Assembly: GCA_010093815.1 (NCBI GenBank)
Contig: ML996575.1
DNA length: 64,000 nt
Strand: one strand, 5' to 3'
Origin: Pseudovirgaria hyperparasitica
Taxonomy: Eukaryota
The first letter of the stretch is position 1; every line of letters starts with the position of its first letter. Under the pieces are notes generated by a model that saw only the letters and a list, made by a program, of their open reading frames with translations, made no database searches and was not told the origin of the DNA. Positions 26,598-36,928 of this stretch are shown here, in pieces. The position numbers were made by a program, and so were the translations under genes.

Positions 26598-27353
26598 ATG
26601 TCCCGAATCCTCATCACCGGCTCCGCCGACGGCCTCGGAGCCCTAGCAGCCCGAGACCTCCAAACCCGCGGCCACAAAGTCTACCTCCACGCCCGCTCCG
26701 CCCAGCGCGCCAAAGACGCCATGGCCTCCTGCCCGGGCGCCCAACAATGTCTCATCGCAGACCTCAGCTCCCTCTCCGACGTCAAGACCCTCGCCAGCGA
26801 CCTCAAATCCCTAGGTCCCTGGGATGCCATCGTGCACTCCGCCGGCGTCATGCACGGCCAAAGCGGCAAGACAACGGCGGAAAGCTGGGGCACGATCTTC
26901 GCCACGAACACCGTCGCGCCGTACGTAATCACCAGCATCGTCGGCGGCGCGTGTCGGCGCTACGTGTTTCTGAGCTCGAGCATGGAGAGTAGTGGGGACC
27001 CCATGTTGCGCGGGATCGAGAGCTGCTCGTATAGTGATAGCAAGCTGCATAATATCATGCTGGCGAGCTATTTCGCGCGTGTGCTGAAGGGGGCTGGAGT
27101 GGAGGAGAGTAATGCGCTGGATCCGGGGTGGGTGCCGACGGCGATGGGAGGGAGAGGGGCGCCGGGGAGCTTGGATGGGGCTGTTGAGACGTATAGGCGG
27201 TTGGCGGAGGGTGCGGGGAGTACGGGTGGGTTCTGGAGACCGTATGCGAAGAAGGGGAGTCCGGTGCATGGGAAAGAGGCTTTTGATGAGGGCGTACAGG
27301 GGAGATTGGTCGGGGAGCTGGCGCGGCTGACTGGGGTTGAGCTCGCTGGTTGA
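26598..27353 (+). CDS. Short-chain dehydrogenase/reductase (SDR)
   Basis: ILITGSADGLG Rossmann motif, HSAG, catalytic YSDSK (YxxxK), DPGWVPT. Intronless. Confidence 0.9.
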   Translation: MSRILITGSADGLGALAARDLQTRGHKVYLHARSAQRAKDAMASCPGAQQCLIADLSSLSDVKTLASDLKSLGPWDAIVHSAGVMHGQSGKTTAESWGTIFATNTVAPYVITSIVGGACRRYVFLSSSMESSGDPMLRGIESCSYSDSKLHNIMLASYFARVLKGAGVEESNALDPGWVPTAMGGRGAPGSLDGAVETYRRLAEGAGSTGGFWRPYAKKGSPVHGKEAFDEGVQGRLVGELARLTGVELAG

Positions 27354-28059
27354 GTCTGTGTATATAAAGTAGTTGTGTAAATTGTATACATACCGAGCTT
27401 CGTCGCAAAGCAGACACAGATCTCATCAACTGTCTGCCCCTGTTTCTAGGACCGAACAGTCACTGATTGTTACGTCAGAACACAGACGGGTAGGCTCAAT
27501 TTCAGCCTACTTGCTGTTATAAATCCACGAATTATGAAGAGACCAACTACAGAATAGCTCCCGTGTCAAGATTTTAACAGAAATCTACTACTTTTTATCT
27601 CGCTTGTATTGTCACGACTATCATATCACACGGAGCGATGTTCGTTCTTATCTCCAAGATAGGAGTTGTACTTGGGAAGTTTAGTCCTCGAATATAGAAA
27701 TCATATAGATGGTCGCTCCTGGTACCCCTGACACCTTTTTGAAGGGAACTACTTTCATTTAGCAATAGCTAGCTGCCTATCGTCTTCATTCACACATAGC
27801 AAACTTTCCAGTATAGTGACTTCAATAACACCTAGTGGCAACCAGACTTGTCTAATGTTGTGCTCGCACTTGCACAAAGCATATAATGCTTAACATCGAG
27901 ATCGTATTGAGTTTTTACCAAACTGTTGGATATACACAAGACTACCCTGCTCCTGTCGCACTTATGTCCATCTCAAAATAGCATGTTTGTACCTGGTAGA
28001 GCGACGATGCGGAATATCAAAGACCATTCCTAGCCAGTTGATCCATCAAAAGCTCAAAG

Positions 28060-28905
28060 TCACGACCGCGAATCTGCACGCGTGTGTAGACTCGTACGGT
28101 GACGCAACGCCAGCCATCTTTTACACTTTCCCGTCGCCGGTCTCACCACGTCGTGGTGGAACTTATGCTTCGACTCCACGTTCAGCACATAGCAAGTGCG
28201 CATCTGGACGGTCAAAGCCGGCAGAACCGCCCAGTGGAGTTGCTGTAGCTGGCGTTTTGCGTACTCGCGGGTATTTGCTTTCATCAGCTGGAGCCCCTCT
28301 TCGAACAGTTCTTGGGCTCGCTCTGGATCGACTCCTTTGCAGCAAATGGGTCGGAGCTCGGGGTAGCCGATTGCTTTCCACGCTCCGCGCTCAGCTGGGC
28401 CAGTGTCCGAAGCACTGTTGGTATCGGATCTCTCCAGCTCGAATAGGTGCTTGATCTCGTTCTGTATTCCATCGCGCGCCATCTGGTTGATTCGATGATC
28501 GATGAATGTCCCCAATATATCGAGGCTACAGTTCAGAGATATGACCAGAAGGTCTTGCTGCTTGATAAATGGATGGAATAAAAGTGGTCGAGTTAGGGAG
28601 AGGGAGCCGCCGCACAGGATTGGAACGAAGCCGCGATGATGGATAGATTTGATGCAACGCACCGCTGAAGAGATGAAGTTGGTCGGTTCCTCGTTTGCAC
28701 TAAGATGCCCTACAAAATGGTGTCGAACTCCTCTCATCTCCTGTGTAGTCACAGCACCGGACAGGATTGGGGCATCTCGGTACACTTGGATGCTATCGAC
28801 GGAGATGATCTCTCCATGACAGGATTCCGCCAATTTGATGCTCAATTCTGTCTTTCCAACTGCGGTTGGGCCGATGATTGCGATGATGGGGATCTTTGGA
28901 TTCAT
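28060..28905 (-). CDS. IPT: Isopentenyltransferase (dimethylallyltransferase), short adenylate-IPT-like form; putative cytokinin synthase
   Basis: P-loop GPTAVGKT, EIISVDSIQVY, GVRHH, CGGS, KAIGYPEL, TREYAKRQ. It is only 281 aa, intronless, with no C-terminal zinc finger. Confidence 0.9.
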   Translation of the reverse strand: MNPKIPIIAIIGPTAVGKTELSIKLAESCHGEIISVDSIQVYRDAPILSGAVTTQEMRGVRHHFVGHLSANEEPTNFISSAVRCIKSIHHRGFVPILCGGSLSLTRPLLFHPFIKQQDLLVISLNCSLDILGTFIDHRINQMARDGIQNEIKHLFELERSDTNSASDTGPAERGAWKAIGYPELRPICCKGVDPERAQELFEEGLQLMKANTREYAKRQLQQLHWAVLPALTVQMRTCYVLNVESKHKFHHDVVRPATGKCKRWLALRHRTSLHTRADSRS

Positions 28906-29605
28906 GTCTTCTGTAGAGAGTATCTTGACATGGAGACCGGGACATGCGAGGAGATAAGTGGACCATCCGATTCTTATTCATAGGGACTTTTGAAGCAGCA
29001 ATGAGTACTGTGATCAGAGTTGGCGAACACGCCACTGTCAAGATGCCGTTCCACACATGTCTACGGGGCGTTGCCGTGTGTGTGATCACAATTTGCGCAC
29101 TAAATCGGCTCAGAAGCCCCTGAGATGATGCCGACCCCCAGGTCAAGCTCGTGACGGTCAGAACAGGTAATTCATGGCTCGCATCTAGACCAAACCTGTT
29201 CTCCAACTTCAATTTGGCTCTACACCTGTTCCAGATTAGAAGGCATGATAGCCGGGGTTCTAGAATGCACTGTGCTCAGGAGTCTTCGCATTACCAAATG
29301 GAAACAAGCTTTGTGCAGGGAAACGACAGAGACTGCCATGTCGCATGATTGTTGACTCTGTTGTGGACTTGGACTACGTGATCAATGACCTTTGATCCGA
29401 TCACCAACCTCTCGCTCACTCGATTTCTTGCTCTGGTAGTAGAGTACTAAGTTATGAGTCCAGACAGGGATTCCGGAGGATTGAATAGCTCGATGATAGG
29501 CGTTCGAAAGTCAAGATAAGGAAAAGCGTGCAGTTTCTGGCTCCTTGTAGCCATACCAAATGCACCAGCATGAACTATATCACAAGAGTTGCTCAAGGAT
29601 ACCAG

Positions 29606-30353
29606 CTATAGTTTATGGTCACTCCAACAGAGCGAGTATCGACCAGCGGCTGGAGCCAACTGAACCATCTCGATGAGCTCTTGCATGGTATTGGCAACAT
29701 TGAAGAGTGCCAAATGAGGGCTGGAAACAAAGCCAACCTCTGCAGACGTACGAACCCAGCGCTGCAAATCATCAAAGAACCCACGAATATTGTAAAGCAC
29801 GACCGGCCGACCATGGATGCCCAGTTGACTCCACGTGATGGCCTCAAAGAGCTCCTCCATTGTCCCGTACCCCCCAGGCAGAGCAACAAACGCATCGGCC
29901 TCCTTGGCCATAATCGCCTTTCGCTCGTGCATGGTCGATACTAATGTCGTGTGACCATACTCCTGTTCCAGGGGTCTGTCCACCCCACGCTCTGTGGTGA
30001 TCAGTGCCCTAGGTATGACGCCGTGGACTGATCTGGGGCCAGAAAGCTGCACGAGAGACCTTGCCAGGCTCCCCATCAGACCCCGACTTCCACCTCCGTA
30101 GACCAGAGACCAACCCTGCGCATGCATTACCTTGGCAAGATCTTCTGCCGCGGTCTCGAACTGAGGAGAGTTGCCCGAGCTGGAGCCTATTGTGGCTTTT
30201 GTCAGAGTGCTTTGCAGTACGTATGCTACCGAAAGGGGTCATACCACAGAACACACACAAAGTGAATGGCTTTCGGGTGGCTTTTCTCGCTCCTTCTTCT
30301 GGTCTAGCTGTTGGGCCGTTGGTTGCCGTCTCTGGGAACGCTGCAGGACTCAT
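29606..30353 (-). CDS. LOG: LOG-family cytokinin riboside 5'-monophosphate phosphoribohydrolase
   Basis: Spliced CVFC|GSSSG (intron ~30244-30187), LVYGGGSRGLMG, MHERK, and the signature PGGYGTMEE. Confidence 0.92.
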
Positions 30354-31505
30354 CTTACATGCCCGTCAACGGTAATGAGTGATGTCAGAGACTACTGTGA
30401 TCACCATAGAATATGAGTTCAGCTTTTATGTTACCCGCTCCAGGGTTTTTGTCCGAATCGGGCCTTGTCATTCATGCCTGATCGGCTCATCGGAATGCCC
30501 ACGATGGGTTACCGACCGTGTAGACTGCTATTGTCACTACGCTTAAGGAGAGCCGAGACATGTATATCAAGCAGGCCCTGAGGTATTAGTACCGCTAACC
30601 ATCCATAATTGCAGTAAATGCGCCAATGACAGCCTTATAAATTCATATATAAAGGCTAAGACTAGGCCCCCACCCCCCGTCTCGAGTCTGCCTTACCCAA
30701 ACCCAACCCTTGACCCCGGAGAAGTCCCACTAACGATCGATCGCTCACGATATATCAATGCGAACACTTTTCCCCCCGGTAAAAATGTGAGAGAGACTTA
30801 AGGACTGATACATTACCCCGAGACAAGCTGACCGCGTGTCCTGTAGGGATTGGACATTGTATTACCAAAAGTGAAGCCAGCTAGCAGTCACATAACATGA
30901 CAGGGGCGACTTAACTTTACTCCTGCCACTCACAATATTATGAGAGCGCGAATGTGCTTCCATTGCAGACGACACCTTGTCGATGCCCGCGCCACTGAAT
31001 TTGGAGTTGTGTGCAGCCCCGACAGGCTGGCTCGTGCCGGGGTCCTCTATATCTCTCCGATATAACGTAGCTTGTTTATGGATGAAGTAGGGCCGTTTAA
31101 AGGTAGCAGGAGCGTCATGCGTCACAGCACAACAACATGAAGTCCAGCGAGTGGTGATTTCCAGCAAACGGAACACTACAATTATAAGTCTTGGAAAACG
31201 GACAGAAACGTACAACAATACATCGTCAGAACAAGCATCCCGCTTTTGCATGGCATGACAAGCGGGACGAGATACACAGAGCCAAACTAGCGTGCAAGGA
31301 GCAAGAGTAAACCATGGGAAAACTCATCAAAACAATGCAACACCCTGTCAATTTGGTCCCGTAAACGAAAGAAAACATCATGAACCACCAAACTAAAAGT
31401 TCCAATAACCCTCTACACACACATTCTCCTTGCACCCCTCCCCTCTACACCCATCACCTTCCCCCTCACACTCCCTCTCCCACTCCCAATCTCACACCCG
31501 CCCCC

Positions 31506-33486
31506 TCAAACCCCCTCAAAACTAACCCTCCTCTCAACCCCATTCCCCCTCCCTGCCCCCTTCTTCCCCGCCAACCCCGCCCTCGGCGTCAACGAAACCC
31601 AAAGCGGAGCCCTCTCCCACCCCATATACACCTTCTGCAACCCATGCCAATCCGCGCATCTCGGCGCAAGCTCCACGTCGAATTCCAGAAACAGGCGCGC
31701 TAGCAGGATGCGTATCTCCATGTATGCGAGTCTACACGACACGAGATGATGTGAATTAGCTTGGGGTGGGGGGATTTTGAAGGGGAGGTAATGTTTACGT
31801 ACGTTCTACCGATACAGTTCCGCGGGCCGATGTGGAAGGGCTGGAAGACGGCGGTGTTGTCGCGCGCGAAGCGGAAGTCGTCGAGCCAGCGCTCCGGGAT
31901 GAAGGAGTCGGGCCGGATGAAGTTGCGGCGGAGGTGGTAGGCGGAGTAGTGGAAGATTGAGACTGTGGTCTGTTGTTACGGGTCAGACAGGGCGAGGTTT
32001 TGGAGCGGTGTGTAGGTCGTGTTTTGTCAGAGAGATAGGGGGGAGGTAGTGGAGTAGGAAAAAGGGGCAAAAAAAAACACACATTCGCCGGCACAGCCCG
32101 CCCATCAATAACCTCCTCCACACACGTGCGCCGCGGAAAATTCCCCGGAAACGGCGGAAACACACGCAGCGCCTCGGCAACACAAGCCTGCATATACTTC
32201 AGCTCGCCCAGCTTCGCCGCCGAAACGGGCACTGCGCCACCCGCAGCAGCAGCCTCCGTCTCAGACCCAGACTCAAACACACCGCGAATCTCCGCCGCAA
32301 GCCGCGCCTTGACCTGCGCGTCGCGCAGCACATAGTAGAGCAAGCCGGACAGCAGCGTGGCCGTCGACTCACTCCCCGCAATGACAATCGTGCACGTGTT
32401 CGCGACGAATTCGGCGTCGGAAACCCTGCTTTCCGGGCTGGCCATGCGCTCGACGAGGTCGTGGCGGGCGGAGCCGAGGGCGCGGCGGTGGGAGGCGAGT
32501 TCGGTGGCGTGCTGGATGTGTGTGCGGCGGGCGGCGGCGAGGGAGGCTGGTATCAGGGCGCTGAGCAGGGAGGTGGCGCCGGGGAAGTACTTTGCTGTGC
32601 GGGCGAGGGCGCCGAATTTCTGGTTGCCCATCATGGCTTCGATCCAGGGGTGGTAGTTGCCGCCGCTGGTGAGGCAGTCGAAGGATTTGCCGTAGACGAG
32701 GGCGCCGGTGACGTCGAAGCTGAAGAACTGCGGGCTTGGTGGTTAGGATCTGGACTGTCTGTGGGAGTGAGGGATGGATAGGGGGATGAGGAGGGCTTAC
32801 GTTGAGCCACTTTACCAGGTCGACCTCCTTTCGCCCTCCGTCACAGGCATCATGAAGCCCCTTGATGAACAGCGCACAATACTCCTTGACGCGATCCTCC
32901 TCGGCCCGCATCCGCGACTCGGCGAATCCGTTCGCCAACAAGCTCCGGAAGTACGCATGGCGCTCCGTCCCCGCGCCTAGCAGACTCAAGTTCGCACTCG
33001 ACATGGAGCCGTAGAACAGGGCGTCCTTTGGGATCTCCGGTAAGCCCTTGCGGAAGCCGTAGATGTCCTTCCAGGCCTGGGCCGAGGCGTACGAGAGCTC
33101 GTCCGGGGCGATGCGCACGACGTCGCCGTACTTCTCGTGGAGGTCGCGGATGTCGTAGGGGAGTGTGCCGCGGATCATGGCGCGTGCGTACCACAGTCTT
33201 GAGCACCGGGCGAGTAGTGGCCCCGGGTATGCGCTCAGGGGCGCGTAGAAGGCGTTCCATATTGCGTTGAGGAGGAGGATTGAGAGGAGCTGCTTGTTGT
33301 CAGATGGGGTTCTCTTGTCTGGGTTGTGTGGTTGGGACTCACGAGGGCAGTGATGGTACATGAAGCCCAGATCACGCGTGGGAGTATGTTGGCAAAGTAT
33401 TGGCTGCTCTGGTCGGTGAAGAGGGCATTCGATGTAGCGACGAGGTGGAGGATAATCCACAGGAGCTGCGTGCTGCGTATGAACAT
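31506..33486 (-). CDS. Cytochrome P450, CYP65-like (5 exons; introns 33342-33290, 32800-32728, 32082-31970, 31802-31732)
   Basis: YPGP, LHEKYGDVVRIAPDELSY, I-helix AGSESTAT, EALR, PERW, heme motif PFHIGPRNCIG. An alternative upstream ATG lies at 33549. Confidence 0.9.
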
Positions 33487-34613
33487 TGCGAGCGAGCGGT
33501 CGGTTTCCGGTGGGGGTGTATCCTGCTCCTTTGTGTAGCCTGTCGACATAACACAGTGCTCAGACTGTCTCGACTATCACGTAGCACTAGGGTGCGTTTA
33601 TTGAATATCGTCTTGTCTTCCAGGACTGGCACTCGACCGTCGTTCGGACGAGTGGATGTATACACACACAACTTGAACAATAACGTAGTTGTCACACAGC
33701 AAGTCGAGTATCGTCCGTTTTCTCATCGACCGATGGCAGACAGAGTCGCTCACATGTCAAAAGGTTCTGGACGTGGCAGTTTCCGAGTCATGGATCCCCG
33801 ACACGAGTGACATGCGTGAAATCCCGTCAGTTCATGATTGAACACCCCCCAGACAGGCCAGAAGGAGCTCGATACTTAAGAGCACGAAATCGTGGGATGT
33901 GTAAGGCATCATCCACTGCAGGCTTTCGAGTCGAGGCGGGGTAAAGGTGGAGGTAGGTCGTTGTGTTGTACAATGCGAGTGGACAGGGATGTTTCTCGAA
34001 GTGAGGTGGAGTGATATAAATCGTAGCCGCCTCGGCCGCATACCGCGTTTTGCGGGGTTATTAATCCGAGTCCTTGGGATTCCATCGGAGGATATCTTTG
34101 GCCCCCCACCATGCAGATCGATGTTTGCCGTCTTCCGGGCGGTGCTGGGAGTTGCAGGTGTCTGGTTGGACAGGGGCTCCGTTCCTAATGTAGATTAGGC
34201 TGTGCTGGGTACGTTGAGTTGATGGCAGATGTGTACTGGCATGTTTTGTTTACATGGCTACCACATACTAGACAGAATACATCATCCGGATATAAGTAAT
34301 TTCAGCCTATGGGCAAGCATCAAACGTTCATCCTTTTGCAAGCACTAGTCCGTACATCTCAACCTGTTCGTTTCCGGTCGTAGACAATGCACACAGGAGC
34401 ACGAGCCCTATATCAACAACCAACCATGACAAGAGCCAAACCCCAAACATCAAAGCCTCCAAAACTCATAACTATATCAGACTCTCACACCCATCTATCT
34501 CCCCTCCACGCCCCCAACCCATCCAAGACTCACTCTCCAATTCCTCAAATCATCAAGCCCTTAACCTTCAACCCCGAAACCATCAGCCCCGTAACCTCCA
34601 ACCCCTAAACACA

Positions 34614-36575
34614 ATGCCCTCCCAACCACAACAACCACCCTCACAACAACCACCCTCACAACAACCACCCTCACAACAACCACCCTCACAACACCACCCC
34701 CCCTCACCCCCAACCCACCCCTCAGTCCTCATCATCGGCGCCGGCCTCGCAGGAATATACATGCTGCACGCCCTCCGCAGCGCCGGCTTCACATGCGCCA
34801 TCCTCGAAGCATGCGCCGGCATCGGCGGCACCTGGTACCAAAACCGCTACCCGGGCGCCCGCGTCGACACCGCCATGCCACTATACCAGTTTTCCATTCC
34901 GGAGGTGTACAAGGTATGTTTTTGTGTCTCTGTACTCATGAACCGCTCTCTTTTGCTCTTTTGTTGGTTTGACTTTGTTTTTCGATGTATGGATGATTGG
35001 ATGATTGGATGGATGGGCAGATAGACGAATAGACGGACAAACGCTCACGCACGCCAGACCTTCAAATGGCGCTCCACACACCCCACCCGCGCCGAGATCA
35101 TGGAGTACATAGACCACCTCGACAAAGTCCTCCACATCACGCCCTACGTACACCTGCGCAAACGCGTCGTAGAGGCATCCTACGACACGCACGCCCGCCT
35201 CTGGACCGTACAGACCCAAACCACCACCAACGACGACGACACAACCACCAAACCCCCAACAACCCCAACCCAAACAACAACCTTCCACGCCCCCTACCTA
35301 ATCAGCGCAACCGGCCTCGTCTCCCACCCCTACACACCCCCCTGGCCGGGCCTCAACACCTTCGCCGGCCCAATCCACCACACAAAAACCTGGCCCCACA
35401 CCGGCATAAACGTGCGCAACTCCCGCGTCGCAATAATCGGCACCGGCGCCTCCGGCGTCCAACTCATCCAAGCCCTCGGCAAAGAAGCCAAATCCCTGAT
35501 CGTCTTCCAACGCACGCCGAACCTCTGCCTGCCCATGCGCGCACGCACCCTTGATGCCGAGGGACCAGAGCAAACAGATGAGGAATTGGCGCGGGTGTTT
35601 GCGCGGCGGCGGGAGACGTTTGCGGGGTATGCGGGTGAGTTTGCGGCGCGGTCGGTGTATGCGGATGGGGAGGGGGCGCGGGAGGAGTTTTTCGGGGGCT
35701 TGTGGGCGCGCGGGGGGTTTGCGTTTTGGGTGGAGAATTATGCGGATGTGTTGTTTGAGAGGGGGGCGAATGGGGTTGCGTATGAGTTTTGGGCGCGGGA
35801 GACACGGGGCCGGGTGGCGGATGAGAGGAAGAGGGGGGTTCTTGTGCCGCGGGAGGCGCCGCATTGGTTTGGGACGCGGAGGCCGTGTTTGGAGACGGAT
35901 TATTATGAGGTGCTTGGGCGGGAGAGTGTTGAGGTTGTGGATTTGCGGGGGAATGGGATTGAGAGGGTTGTGCGGGAGGGGATTGTGACGGCGGATGGGG
36001 TGGTGAGGGGGGTGGATGTTATTTGTCTTGCTACTGGGTTTGATGCGTTGACGGGGGGGTTGACGGGGATGGGGTTGAGGGGGAGGGATGGGGTTGGGTT
36101 GGGGGAGAGGTGGCGGGAGGGGGTGCGGACGAATTTGGGGATGACGGTGTCTGGGTATCCGAATATGTTTTATTTGTTTGCGGTTCATGGGCCGAGTGCG
36201 TCGAATGGGCCGTCGTGTATTGAGCTTCAGGGGGATTGGATTGTGGCGGCGATGGTGAAGATGCGGGAGGAAGGGGTCGAGTCGATTGAGGCTACGGCGG
36301 AGGCGGAGGCGGCTTGGACGAAGCAGATTCATGATATACTGCGGGGGACGCTGGTACAGGAGACAAACTCGTGGTATAACGGGGCGAATGTGCCGGGGAA
36401 GACGGTGGAGCCGTTGATATTCTTTGGGGGATTTCCGGAGTATCGGAGACAGATCTACGAGGTCTTGGATAATGACTTTCGGGGGTTTGTGAAGGTTATG
36501 AAAGAGCAGGTTGTGGGGGAGGAATCGACGGAACGTGGTGCGGCGTCCTGTGCAGATAGGCCTATTCATGTGTAG
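34614..36575 (+). CDS. Type I Baeyer-Villiger monooxygenase (flavin monooxygenase, cycloalkanone monooxygenase-like)
   Basis: GAGLAG, GGTWYQNRYPGARVD, BVMO fingerprint FAGPIHHTKTWP, GTGASG, ATGFD. One intron at 34914-35057. Confidence 0.92.
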
Positions 36576-36928
36576 GGCGTATATGGATGTATTGCTCGTG
36601 TCTGTAGCCCGCAGAGCGCTTGTTATATTGAATCTCGGATACCATTAGCATGGATCGGATTCTCTTGTCGGCCATGTACTCACATTCCACTTACCTAGGT
36701 AGTCCTGAATCTGACTCTCATCGTCCACGGACATCAGTAAGAGACACCGCAAGCATCTCCTGTGATAAAACTTCTCGATTGATGATGCCTCTGATGAATG
36801 CTGCCCGCAAGAGCCGCGTATATTTAGACTCCGCCACCTGTAGAAGACACACCAGACAATGCATCTCACCATGCCCACCCACCCGATATTATGATACACC
36901 CCAACCCCATACCCCAAAGCCAACACTC

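Noticed and set aside
28060..30353. Possible single fused LOG-IPT gene
   Set aside because: LOG terminates at 29606, the IPT frame is closed by a stop ~18 codons upstream of its ATG, and I found no convincing splice joining them. RNA-seq would be needed to exclude it fully.
35298..36569. 423-aa antisense ORF opposite the BVMO (and similar long antisense ORFs over the P450s and SDR)
   Set aside because: A by-product of the extreme G/C third-position skew. The translation is low-complexity P/R/H.
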